Shown piece after piece: positions 38,164 to 47,497 of a stretch of DNA of 64,000 nt. The first letter of the stretch is position 1; every line of letters begins with the position of its first letter. Made by a program: the position numbers and the translations under genes. Source of the DNA: an uncultured virus (IMG/VR IMGVR_UViG_3300027977_000020) (Duplodnaviria > Heunggongvirae > Uroviricota > Caudoviricetes); the IMG/VR virus record IMGVR_UViG_3300027977_000020. One strand, given 5' to 3'. The notes below the pieces were generated by a model. The model saw only the letters and a list, made by a program, of their open reading frames with translations. It made no database searches and was not told the origin of the DNA.

Positions 38164-39675
38164 TTAAGAAAGGGCGATAATTAAACCAATTGCTTCTCCC
38201 TGAGAGATCCCAGGGTTAGCAAAATAAAGTGCTAAAGCTGCGTTACCAGAAGCCTGAGCAGCGGGAACAATAGTTAAAGCTGCATTACCAGACGCCAATG
38301 CAGTATTTGACACACTTATAGCTGCATTACCAGAACTTAAAGCAACACCAGCAACGACAAGACCTGCGTTACCAGAAGCCAGAGCAACCGCAGCATTAAC
38401 AAGACCTGCGTTACCAGAAGCTAAAGCCGTACCAGCAAGTGAAGTTCCAGCATTTCCAGAAGCTAAAGCAACAGCTGCAGCACTTAAAGCCGCATTACCA
38501 GACGCAAGACCTGTTAAAGCTAAAGAAATACCTGCATTACCAGACGCTAAAGCAGTGTTTACAGCTGCTAAGGCTGCATTACCAGACGCTAAAGCAGTTG
38601 AAGCAACAGATAAACCAGCATTACCGGAAGCTAAAGCATTAACAGAAACGGTTAAAGCTGCATTACCAGAAGCTAAGGCGGCCACAGATATATTTTGGGC
38701 CGAAATTCCTGAAGCTAGTGCAATGTTTGCTTGTTGGACAGCGTACTGTCCTGAAGTAACAGCAATATTTGAGAGTACAACAGCAGCGTTACCAGAGGCA
38801 ATTGCAGTTACTGACTCTACGAGAGCTGCATTACCAGACGCCAAAGCACGATCTGCTAAAGAAAGTGCGGCATTACCAGATGCAAGTGCAGAAACAGATA
38901 CAGTAACTGCAGCGTTACCAGACGCAAGTGCAACAACAGAGTCAGCTAAACCCGCATTACCGGAAGCTAACGCCATAACTGAAGTTGTTAAAGCAGCGTT
39001 CCCTGAGGTACGTGCAACAACAGCAACGGATAGCGCAGCGTTACCAGAAGATAAAGCAGTGTTGCTAAGACTTAAAGCAGCATTACCAGATGCAAGTGCA
39101 GTAACAGCGTTAGTTAGACCCGCGTTGCCAGAAGCTAAAGCAGTTGAGGAGAGAACTAACGCTGCATTACCAGATGCAAGCGCAACAGCTGAATCTGTAA
39201 CGGCAGCGTTACCAGAAGCAAAAGCAGTGTTTGCAACAGATAAGGCAGCATTACCAGAAGCTAAAGCTGTGTTGGCAACACTTAGGGCAGCATTACCAGA
39301 AGACAGTGCTGTAGAAGCTATGCTTAAACCAGCATTACCAGACGCCAGAGCAGTTAACGATAAAGATATACCTGCGTTACCTGAAGCTAAAGCCGTATTT
39401 GCATCAGATAAACCAAGATTACCTGATGCAAGAGCATCTTGAGAACGTTTTAATGCAACACCGTCAACACCGATATTGCCACCGGCAAAAACTAACCCGC
39501 TAGGTTGGGCAGTTAGTGCAACATCTAACCTTATAGTCTGTGTGGTGTCACCACCGCCGACTAAACCACTACCGGCAGTTAACGTACCACCTGATGCAAG
39601 CGCAATAACGCTGTCGCCTAGGGGTAGCTGAGCTAGGCTACCACTGACTAAAACAACAGGTCTACGGATTGCCAT
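38164..39675 (-). CDS. Fibre-like protein with 29 ALASGNAA-type 14-aa repeats (503 aa)
   Basis: Uninterrupted 14-aa (42-bp) periodicity; C-terminus GLIIALS. Confidence 0.85.
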   Translation of the reverse strand: MAIRRPVVLVSGSLAQLPLGDSVIALASGGTLTAGSGLVGGGDTTQTIRLDVALTAQPSGLVFAGGNIGVDGVALKRSQDALASGNLGLSDANTALASGNAGISLSLTALASGNAGLSIASTALSSGNAALSVANTALASGNAALSVANTAFASGNAAVTDSAVALASGNAALVLSSTALASGNAGLTNAVTALASGNAALSLSNTALSSGNAALSVAVVARTSGNAALTTSVMALASGNAGLADSVVALASGNAAVTVSVSALASGNAALSLADRALASGNAALVESVTAIASGNAAVVLSNIAVTSGQYAVQQANIALASGISAQNISVAALASGNAALTVSVNALASGNAGLSVASTALASGNAALAAVNTALASGNAGISLALTGLASGNAALSAAAVALASGNAGTSLAGTALASGNAGLVNAAVALASGNAGLVVAGVALSSGNAAISVSNTALASGNAALTIVPAAQASGNAALALYFANPGISQGEAIGLIIALS

Positions 39676-39686
39676 AATCTTAGTAT

Positions 39687-40202
39687 TTAACTCCCAGTAT
39701 ACAGAAGAACGGGTGGATTAATTTCAACGCTTAGCTGCGTACTTGTTAAAGCCAGCCCAACGGGTGACGAGGCAGCGTATGCATTTGCACCTGAACCAGA
39801 AATTATTCCAGAAGCTGTTGAGAATCTAACAACTTCACCTTGAAACTTGGATAAATAATAGTACTCACCGGGTATCAGTGCGGATTCGGCAGTTATGTTG
39901 GCATCCGACAATGTAACAACACCATCCAGATTGACAATAACGGGACTACCTTGAGCTGCAGCAGCAGAAGCGAATCCAATCGGCGAATACTGAGCAGCGG
40001 AAACTCCGCTTAGAGCCGTTGCAGGAACTACAAAGCTGCCACTTGCCGACAAACAAGAACCAGCAATTAAATTACCACCGGCAGTCAAAGTTATTTCTGG
40101 AGCCGGGTTTGTTACAACCCCTTGGCCATTTGCCAGGTATACAGTCGTGCCATCAGACTGATAACTGGTGTAGTTTCGGTTAAAAATCGACCTGTTTGTC
40201 AC
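39687..40202 (-). CDS. Putative capsid decoration/cement-like protein
   Basis: TAGGNLIAG...PIGFA.....G..V.V..DG...L.PG..YYLS. Confidence 0.55.
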   Translation of the reverse strand: MTNRSIFNRNYTSYQSDGTTVYLANGQGVVTNPAPEITLTAGGNLIAGSCLSASGSFVVPATALSGVSAAQYSPIGFASAAAAQGSPVIVNLDGVVTLSDANITAESALIPGEYYYLSKFQGEVVRFSTASGIISGSGANAYAASSPVGLALTSTQLSVEINPPVLLYTGS

Positions 40203-40239
40203 CGATAATAACCATATTTAAGTTCTATTCTACAACGTC

Positions 40240-40632
40240 TTAAAGAAAACCACTAACGACTAATATGGGTTCGGTAGCATTAACCCGTAAAGAAGTTGGA
40301 CTAACAGCTACACCTAATTGTGTTAAGTAACTACTAGCATAACCAAGTTGATTCAGTTCAACTACATACGTAGGATAATCTACAACATACCCGCCACTAT
40401 GGCTTAAAAAATAAGTTGTACCTGGTGTTAAACCGGAATAAACAGAGGCTGCGCCGTCTGTAACAACACGGCAAAGAGCGCCGGATGTTACGGTGTCAAC
40501 CGAAAGACCAACAACGCTTGCGTTTGTAAATCCAGAAGGATTTGCTGGAATAATCTGACCAGAAGTTGTAGGACTGATCCTTACAGCAGTGCCTAAAGTT
40601 ATAGATTCTTTGGCAACAAAAGATAGAAGCAC
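40240..40632 (-). CDS. Putative capsid decoration/cement-like protein
   Basis: AKESI..G.AV...G.I..AN...VVGL...GLTPG.TYFLS; resembles the neighbouring gene. Confidence 0.55.
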   Translation of the reverse strand: MLLSFVAKESITLGTAVRISPTTSGQIIPANPSGFTNASVVGLSVDTVTSGALCRVVTDGAASVYSGLTPGTTYFLSHSGGYVVDYPTYVVELNQLGYASSYLTQLGVAVSPTSLRVNATEPILVVSGFL

Positions 40633-40659
40633 AATAAATTTTGTAGTTATCTACTAACT

Positions 40660-40782
40660 TTAGCGTCCTTGTCCACGGTGGAGCTTACGCCCGTGCGAAG
40701 CTTTACTGTATTTACCTTGGCCCTGCCGAGTTCGTTTAATTTTTTTGACAATTAGTGTTCCTTCAGCTTTCGGTTTGGACAC
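40660..40782 (-). CDS. 40-aa basic protein (not in ORF track)
   Basis: MSKPKAEGTLIVKKIKRTRQGQGKYSKASHGRKLHRGQGR; the TRQG...RGQG pattern resembles small cyanophage proteins. Confidence 0.7.
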   Translation of the reverse strand: MSKPKAEGTLIVKKIKRTRQGQGKYSKASHGRKLHRGQGR

Positions 40783-40807
40783 AGAGAAGAATAAAAGGCA
40801 CTCAAGC

Positions 40808-42196
40808 TTAGCTTAGACCCATGATCAAGCCAATAACTTCACCCTCAGCCTGGTTATCCAAACCAGAAGCAGGCGGTGAAGGCGGATTACCACTTGCAAT
40901 TACATCCGCCCATAGCGAACCATCCCAAACACGAATAAGATTGTTAGTCGAATCAGTCCACAAAGTACCATCAACAGCAGCAACTGGTGCAGTGTCTCCG
41001 TAAACAGGAGTTCTCGTTGCAGCAGATTCGTACCAACCATTTGTAGCTTCGTCATATACAAACAACGAACCCATCAAAGTGTTGAACCAAATGGTGCCGT
41101 CAAGTGGTGGTGCATTTAGGCCAGCACCCGATGGTGGTACTTCACTCTTAATTGCTAGAGCATCTGCGTTAGCTAGATACCAGTCAGGACTACCGACTCC
41201 GTTACCAGAAGCATATATAAACAAACGACCCTGATCAGTGTCGAACCAAAGAGAACCGCCGATGTAGTCATTACCAGGTTCGCCCGAAACTGTAACCACA
41301 GCGGCTCCGGCACTTGCCGTGCTAGCAAAAGATATAAACTGACCAGAGTAAATAATTGTTGTGTTTGCACCTTCTATAGCCCCAACATCAATAATTTGAT
41401 AATCTCCACTAGACCTGACACTTGTACCAGAACCTGCCGCAATAGGTGATCCATCTACAGTGATAAAGGAACCTGAGTAAGAAACATCTGCAAAAGGACC
41501 AGCAAGGACACCAGCATCAACAATCTGGAAATCTCCGCTGGAGCGTACGCTAGTTCCAGATCCTCCAAGTAATAACTGTTGAGCTTGCCCAGAAATTACA
41601 CCAACACCAGCTCCGTTGTAAGCAAAGTTAACAGAACCTTGGCCTACTAAATCAGTTGAAATAACTGCAGTATTACCACTTGCCAGAACTGTAATACCTT
41701 CACCGCCCACCAAACCACTAACAACAGCAACAGCTTGGTCTTTGGTCCCAGAAATGGTTATAAATGTGCCGCTGTAAACAACTGAAACACCTTGTAGTCC
41801 AATAACATCAACATCAAATATGGTGCCTTGACCACTAGGAACAGGAGTGACACCAGATCCAGGAAATACTTGAGTTATTTGACTTTGAATTATGCCGTAA
41901 CCGCCACTAACTGATACAAAAATACCAGAACCTGCAACTAATCCACTACCAATCGGGTCGACAGAACCAATACTTATGCCACTTATAGTCGTATTTAAAT
42001 CTTCAAGTATACGAACGACTCCTTCAAAATTTGAAGGATAACCATAAGGACACCGAGAATAGCTTGAGGTTCCCACTCCGCTTACCGTTTCGATGAGTTC
42101 TGAAATAACAGTAACGATACCCTCAAAATTCTCCGAATGGAGTGAACGGGGTAACGAACCGTGAGTAGGGCATGAAGGGACGTTTAATTCGGTCAT
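40808..42196 (-). CDS. Fibre/structural protein, Ser-Gly-rich
   Basis: Beta repeats (GSGTSVRSSGD twice), three G.(L/I)W modules, C-terminus GLIMGLS. Confidence 0.75.
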   Translation of the reverse strand: MTELNVPSCPTHGSLPRSLHSENFEGIVTVISELIETVSGVGTSSYSRCPYGYPSNFEGVVRILEDLNTTISGISIGSVDPIGSGLVAGSGIFVSVSGGYGIIQSQITQVFPGSGVTPVPSGQGTIFDVDVIGLQGVSVVYSGTFITISGTKDQAVAVVSGLVGGEGITVLASGNTAVISTDLVGQGSVNFAYNGAGVGVISGQAQQLLLGGSGTSVRSSGDFQIVDAGVLAGPFADVSYSGSFITVDGSPIAAGSGTSVRSSGDYQIIDVGAIEGANTTIIYSGQFISFASTASAGAAVVTVSGEPGNDYIGGSLWFDTDQGRLFIYASGNGVGSPDWYLANADALAIKSEVPPSGAGLNAPPLDGTIWFNTLMGSLFVYDEATNGWYESAATRTPVYGDTAPVAAVDGTLWTDSTNNLIRVWDGSLWADVIASGNPPSPPASGLDNQAEGEVIGLIMGLS

Positions 42197-42270
42197 TTAC
42201 AAACAAACGTAACCCCTCCTTAGCTCCCAGTTTAACTGAGTTCGACCGAAAAACAAAAGATCTTAGTAAT

Positions 42271-42441
42271 TTAAACTCTAACCTTGACTGGAGAAGAAGA
42301 ACTTAGAACTAGTGTTCCGTCTTTTTGGTGGAAAGCTAGATCTTCAGCTAAGCGCCAGGCGGGCACACCGAGCAGCGTAGACCTGATCTTCAACTCTGTC
42401 CAAGAAGGATTGTCCAGAGGCTTGTCGATGATCTTGGACAT
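42271..42441 (-). CDS. Small hypothetical protein (not in ORF track)
   Basis: 56 aa, MSKIIDKPLDNPSWTELKIRSTLLGVPAWRLAEDL... Confidence 0.45.
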   Translation of the reverse strand: MSKIIDKPLDNPSWTELKIRSTLLGVPAWRLAEDLAFHQKDGTLVLSSSSPVKVRV

Positions 42442-42809
42442 AGATCAATGTAGTGTTATCCAAATTGTAACACCTCCGTTAAGGTTTGGTAGTCCACACT
42501 GGTTCTTCGGTAAACTAAAACCCAAAAAGTTTTTCTACGCAGCTTACTGACACTCAAGTTTCACGCAGTAAGATACTTTAAATTAACTAAATTCGAGACT
42601 TATAAAGTAACTTAATACTTATCAGGTAAATAACAAGTACCAATTTTCGTTGCTTCGGAACTTTTTAAATACAGTTAAAGCCGCGCATATCAGTTGTCGA
42701 CTCTTTTTAGTAATAGAAGATTAGATTTAATAGAATATTTGAACTTACCCTTAGACTATGAGCTTCAGAGCGTTCTGTGTGCTATACTCTACCCAAACAC
42801 GTCTAACCT

Positions 42810-43502
42810 ATGGCGTTCTCTCAACGAGCCCTACTGCTTCTAGGTTTACTAGAACTCTCAGACGATCACCTACTAACGATCCCTTCAGGAAAACCAAACC
42901 GCACCGAACACCAAGATCACTGGCTAATCCAGCACTATGACCACGTCGCTGTCTGGGGTTGCCTCTGCGGTCGTTCTGACCCTCTGGTTATCCCTCAAAA
43001 GGACATGAAAAAAGTTCGACTTCCAAACGACTTGATCCGTGCCTGCGAGGTCTGCCGTCAGGAGTTTGAGTTTGCACGGGGTAAAACAGCACACCTTATG
43101 GCTTGGATCGAGCGGCACCGCTTTGTCTTAGACAAAAAAGAGCACCTGTACTTACCAGCTGATCTAGGCTATTGTCGCGACCGGGACAACGAACGTTCTA
43201 CAAGGACAAAACGATTTGTTTATGAAATCTTCTGGAAGAAAAAATTAAAGGCTACAAACTTTGTTCGTTCGACTTGTTCCGATCCCAACTGCATAAATCC
43301 TTATCATCTATGCGTAGCCGAAAGTCCAGCGGCAAAAATCACGAAACCAGTGCGGTTCTACATTCAGAAACTAGCTGTCCAGGGGATCTCGGCAAAAACC
43401 ACACAGCGTCTATTGCACGATCAGCTCTCGCTCGAGCTGTCTCTGAGAGTAATACAGTTAATAAGATCAGACGCCGAGAAATCCAAAAGCTTAGTTGCTT
43501 GA
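42810..43502 (+). CDS. Zn-binding protein with degenerate HNH loop and C-terminal HTH-like segment
   Basis: CLCG...CEVC, VRSTCSDPNCINPYHL and GISAKTTQRLL. Confidence 0.7.
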   Translation: MAFSQRALLLLGLLELSDDHLLTIPSGKPNRTEHQDHWLIQHYDHVAVWGCLCGRSDPLVIPQKDMKKVRLPNDLIRACEVCRQEFEFARGKTAHLMAWIERHRFVLDKKEHLYLPADLGYCRDRDNERSTRTKRFVYEIFWKKKLKATNFVRSTCSDPNCINPYHLCVAESPAAKITKPVRFYIQKLAVQGISAKTTQRLLHDQLSLELSLRVIQLIRSDAEKSKSLVA

Positions 43503-43717
43503 TTGAGGAGCTACAGTATTTGCAACCCGCAAATACTACGGAACTATCAACAGCACTAGGGCAGTCTATAAATACGACTAGATCCCAGCTTAAAAAGCTC
43601 CACAGGCTTGAGCTCGTCATCAAAACGAGTTTTGAACAACATTCTTTGTATTGTTTAAATGGCAACTTCAACTTATTTATCGGCCAAGTCCTCCAATTTC
43701 TCAACTACAGCGGATAG
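43499..43717 (+). CDS. Winged-helix DNA-binding protein
   Basis: TTELSTALGQSINTTRSQLKKLHRLELV; TTG start overlaps the upstream stop. Confidence 0.6.
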   Translation: MIEELQYLQPANTTELSTALGQSINTTRSQLKKLHRLELVIKTSFEQHSLYCLNGNFNLFIGQVLQFLNYSG

Positions 43718-44126
43718 CCCGCAGCCGCCAAAACCTTTTCTTTGGCCCGAAGAACAACGAGTTCTAAGTTTACCGTTTTGGATTTATACGGATAACGAAC
43801 CGCCAAAATCAATCCAAGACTGTAAGGCAACTATTAGTTCACTCGAATTTATAGTTAAGGATATAGATCTGCAAATTGAAATCAGAGAACTAGAGTTGCG
43901 CGGAGGTAATTCACGACACAACAGTAGCTTTGATTTTGAAAAATGGAAAACACAGGCTTTAAGAGCAAAACAAACACACTATTATCTTCTAAACGCGCAT
44001 AACTATTGGTTAATAAAGAACACACCAGAAAAACTTGACATGGATCAGAAACTGCATAAACTGATTAGGCTCTTAGCTGATGAACCAAAGGACTTCGTGA
44101 CACAACTTGAATTACTTCTAGACTAA
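43659..44126 (+). CDS. Hypothetical helical protein
   Basis: 155-aa ORF. Confidence 0.65.
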   Translation: MATSTYLSAKSSNFSTTADSPQPPKPFLWPEEQRVLSLPFWIYTDNEPPKSIQDCKATISSLEFIVKDIDLQIEIRELELRGGNSRHNSSFDFEKWKTQALRAKQTHYYLLNAHNYWLIKNTPEKLDMDQKLHKLIRLLADEPKDFVTQLELLLD

Positions 44127-44262
44127 AACAGTCAGCGTGAAACAAGGGCCACGTTGACACGAGGGGTGCGGCTCGTGTTTTCGTCCTTTCCACACCGCAG
44201 CAATTCGCTTAAATTGCCTGGTACCAGGTGGTTTGAGGAGCCCCTCCATCTTTCTTTATCAC

Positions 44263-44592
44263 ATGGACTCTGCACTTCGAGAAATCAAACAGATACGAGA
44301 CGCAATAATTAGTATTGATACGTCTCTGCAACTAATTGCGTTAAGTAAAAGCAGCGACAAAAGAACAACAGTTTTTGTTTCAAAAAAAGTTATTTGCCAA
44401 CGTCTTAACGTACCGACAGTTACTCTTGATAAACTAATTTATCAAGGCATAACATCAGGAGGCAAATCTGGTTTAGTGCAGGGTATTCACTACTGCAAAA
44501 CTGACCCAGCCGAACAAAACAGTTCAAAGTTCCTGTACGATCCACACACCATTATCCAATCAGCCTGGAGCAACTTTCAAAACAATGGCTAA
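44263..44592 (+). CDS. Excisionase/MerR-like HTH protein
   Basis: SKKVICQRLNV...TLDKL...LVQGIHY...LYD. Confidence 0.65.
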   Translation: MDSALREIKQIRDAIISIDTSLQLIALSKSSDKRTTVFVSKKVICQRLNVPTVTLDKLIYQGITSGGKSGLVQGIHYCKTDPAEQNSSKFLYDPHTIIQSAWSNFQNNG

Positions 44593-45004
44593 TCTTTCAA
44601 AGAGCGCAGCAATGTTGGTTAAACAACTGTTTCACGGAAACGAAACAGAAACAATGATTGCTGCGGGGGTGATGCGAACAATCCTGGCTGACATCACAAA
44701 AATTTATTTTGACAACAAGAAGTCTTTAGGCAAAGGCATTTTAGTTTTTAACCCTGAAGATCCGCAAAAGAGTAAGTACCTAACGACAAAAGATCTATAT
44801 AGGGATTTGGCGTTAGCTGAAGAAATGATGCACAAAGAAGTTTGCCGAATGTTGAAGAAGGTAGATAAATTTATCGAAGAACACGAGGATGAAAACTTAG
44901 CACTCGTTGCAATGATTCAACCTGAAGGAGTATCTCTACACCTTATAGATCCGCAACAAGTGAATAAACGTATAGACGAATTTTCTCGTGGTCTTATCCT
45001 CTAA
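44585..45004 (+). CDS. Hypothetical protein
   Basis: 139-aa ORF overlapping both neighbours. Confidence 0.65.
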   Translation: MANLSKSAAMLVKQLFHGNETETMIAAGVMRTILADITKIYFDNKKSLGKGILVFNPEDPQKSKYLTTKDLYRDLALAEEMMHKEVCRMLKKVDKFIEEHEDENLALVAMIQPEGVSLHLIDPQQVNKRIDEFSRGLIL

Positions 45005-45566
45005 AGATTTTGTTTCGCCACCGGAATTAATCGCGCTGACAGCCGCGTTTTATGGTGGATCAATTGACTTAGATCCAGCCTCCAGTGAATACGCAAACCA
45101 AGTTGTACAGGCTGAGAGATATTTTAACTGGCAAAATAACGGTTTAATTCAGACTTGGAAGGCTAAAAATATTTATCTTTACCCTCCCAGAGCTGTTGCG
45201 CTGAAGCACGAGCAACCAAAACCAACTAAGTTATTTACAAAAAACACTCAATTTAAAAAATCAAACCAACGTATCTGGTTAGAACAAGCATATAGAAAAT
45301 GGCTTCATAAAGAATTTGAACAGGGAATTTTATTTATAACTTCTGCTGAGGTTGCTTTTATCTCGACGCAACGAATTAATTTTGACTTTCCTCTGTGTAT
45401 CCTGAAAGATAAACCAAAATTGTTAATTGATGACGAAACTTTAAAACCTTTAAAAAACTGCAGGGTGTTTGGTTTTATTTACTACTTACCTCCTGTGACG
45501 CAGTACGAATCAAGCGTTAATAAGTTTCGTGAGATGTATAGTAGTCTGGGACGGGTTTATACGTAA
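44988..45566 (+). CDS. Phage Dam-like adenine methyltransferase homologue with degenerate catalytic motif
   Basis: SPPEL, IDLDPASS and NGL..TW retained; the NPPY position reads YPPR. Confidence 0.7.
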   Translation: MVLSSKDFVSPPELIALTAAFYGGSIDLDPASSEYANQVVQAERYFNWQNNGLIQTWKAKNIYLYPPRAVALKHEQPKPTKLFTKNTQFKKSNQRIWLEQAYRKWLHKEFEQGILFITSAEVAFISTQRINFDFPLCILKDKPKLLIDDETLKPLKNCRVFGFIYYLPPVTQYESSVNKFREMYSSLGRVYT

Positions 45567-45789
45567 TAGGTTCTTTAGTCGCCCACGAATCATCAGGGCC
45601 AAAAGAATCTCGATTACCAAAATTTAAACCGGAAGGTTTGCCTGTGTAGGTTGGTTCTCGCCTAGGTTTTAAGTTAAACAATTGTCCAGCAAATCTTAAA
45701 AAACGAGGTTCTTTGTCGACGTGCGATTCTCTTCGCGAACCAAAACTATCAGCACGTCTTTCTGTTCCTGTTTTACCTATAGCTCTCAT
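45517..45789 (-). CDS. Small protein with RFAG motif
   Basis: TAATG-coupled to the upstream gene; LRFAGQLF. Confidence 0.6.
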   Translation of the reverse strand: MRAIGKTGTERRADSFGSRRESHVDKEPRFLRFAGQLFNLKPRREPTYTGKPSGLNFGNRDSFGPDDSWATKEPITYKPVPDYYTSHETY

Positions 45790-46583
45790 TACCCGTAACT
45801 CATTAGATCATTAACGGCTTGGTTCCCAGCATAAAATTGTGCAAGATTAGCACTAGCATCAGGTCGATCATAAATTTTTCTCTGACTTTGAGGATCGCTG
45901 TAATTGTACAGTTCACGATTAGCTGGACTAAAACTCATAACACCTTTAATACCGTCAGTATCAATAGAGGCAATCGCATCAGGAGCATTATAAGCAGCTT
46001 TATACCGTGGGTTTGACAAAATACTGTATTGTGTATTACTTTGATCTATAGTATTTTTTAAACGTTCAGTGTCGATTCTGGGTGCTTCTGCTATTTGCCC
46101 CAAACCTTTAGCCTCAGCTTCAGGCATGTATTTGTTAAACGCGGCAACGTATTCGTTGACGGCATCGGGTATATTTTTTCCGGTTAAACCAGCAATCCTT
46201 TCAAAAGTTGCAGCTATCTGCTTCGTAGTATTTTCGCGTTCCGTGTTTATTTTATCTAAAGATTTTTGTGTTAATTGTTCGTTAAAAATACCTGGAGATT
46301 GTTGAGCCCCGACACCAGCTATGTCTTGATAAGCCTTAGCAATATTAGTTACGCTTGGTATAAGCCTACCGAGACCGTCTACAAACTGACCAGCTTGATT
46401 AAAAAAGCCACCGCCGCTTTGTGCTTTAGCAAAAGGATTATTGACATTGTAATCTCCATAGTTAACTCCTAAGTCACCCATGGAAAACCCACCTGAAAAG
46501 TCTCCAGTTGGATACGTAAACCCACCTGGGTTAACGCTATAGTCACCGTAATTAAACCCTAAGTCACCTACAGAAAAACTCAT
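45789..46583 (-). CDS. Hypothetical protein, possible internal virion protein
   Basis: N-terminal duplication FS.GDLG.NYGDY.VN. Confidence 0.65.
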   Translation of the reverse strand: MSFSVGDLGFNYGDYSVNPGGFTYPTGDFSGGFSMGDLGVNYGDYNVNNPFAKAQSGGGFFNQAGQFVDGLGRLIPSVTNIAKAYQDIAGVGAQQSPGIFNEQLTQKSLDKINTERENTTKQIAATFERIAGLTGKNIPDAVNEYVAAFNKYMPEAEAKGLGQIAEAPRIDTERLKNTIDQSNTQYSILSNPRYKAAYNAPDAIASIDTDGIKGVMSFSPANRELYNYSDPQSQRKIYDRPDASANLAQFYAGNQAVNDLMSYG

Positions 46584-46621
46584 CTTACTTTGCTGCGAGA
46601 GACAGTCATTTAAGTTTAACC

Positions 46622-47497
46622 CTAAATTACAGGTGTAGGAGTAGTAAAAGCTTGTTGTGCTTGAAGCATAAGTCTATTTAGTTTGTCTTGAGTTGCCGCT
46701 TGAGCACTTTCAGCAGACGCAATTGCTTGGTTTCGCGCTCGAAATGCAGCCTTAGCCTCCTCATCTTCTTTAGCCTCCATAAGATAAGCTAAAACTTTAT
46801 CGGAGGAAGCATCACCGTCCTCCTCTTCTTTAAACTCAACAAGCGGCGGACTAGAAAGTGTTGACCTTTCTAAATCTTTATCACCCTCTCCTGCTTTTTT
46901 TAAAAGTCCAGTAATTACACTTGCGACAACTGGGTCATAGGCTCTATTTGTTGGTTGACCTTGAGTGCCGCCAGGTTCACCGGTACCTTCAGGAGCTGCA
47001 TACTGGACTGAAGGGTCGTAAGAGACTGAAGCACGATCGCCACGGTTCTGTACAAAACGTTGAATATCTTTAAAGGATCTAACTGGCTGATTCCAATAAC
47101 TTTTTCCTTGCAACGTAGGTAAGGATGCCCACTCAGGAGCAAGGCGAGCAATAGTTTGGGGTGAGATTGGATCGCGATCGGGATTAACTCCGCGCATGCG
47201 AATTAACTGCAACGCCGCTAAATCTTGAGATCGAGGCCCAAAATCTCTGGCTTTTACCATAGGAGCTACCCGATCCCACGTCGTTGACAAAAATTGATAC
47301 GCACCCGCAGCATCACTTGTATAGTCTCCACTAGTATATAAACGTCTGGGGTGGTCTACGAAGTTATTAGTTATAGGTTTATACCCAAACGTAATGTTGT
47401 ACCGAGGTCTACCTTGAGGACCGAGGGTACCCTCAGTAAAAGAAATAACGTCTAGATAACGACGAGCATTCGGCGATATAAAATCCTTATTAGTCAT
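46622..47497 (-). CDS. Lambda-R-like (GH104) lytic transglycosylase with C-terminal extension, probably virion-associated
   Basis: ISFTEGT, DHPR, AAGAYQFL..TW, DF.P.SQD and EWASLP. Confidence 0.85.
   Translation of the reverse strand: MTNKDFISPNARRYLDVISFTEGTLGPQGRPRYNITFGYKPITNNFVDHPRRLYTSGDYTSDAAGAYQFLSTTWDRVAPMVKARDFGPRSQDLAALQLIRMRGVNPDRDPISPQTIARLAPEWASLPTLQGKSYWNQPVRSFKDIQRFVQNRGDRASVSYDPSVQYAAPEGTGEPGGTQGQPTNRAYDPVVASVITGLLKKAGEGDKDLERSTLSSPPLVEFKEEEDGDASSDKVLAYLMEAKEDEEAKAAFRARNQAIASAESAQAATQDKLNRLMLQAQQAFTTPTPVI

Noticed and set aside
36700..39440. GCATTACCAGA repeats every 42 bp as a CRISPR array or DGR template
   Set aside because: Periodicity is explained by 14-aa coding repeats with wobble variation; no cas or reverse transcriptase genes
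38555..39442. 295-aa plus-strand AALPEAKA-repeat ORF
   Set aside because: Antisense shadow of the ALASGNAA repeat gene
42284..42550. 88-aa plus-strand ORF
   Set aside because: TTG start with no support; the minus-strand ORF 42271-42441 fits better
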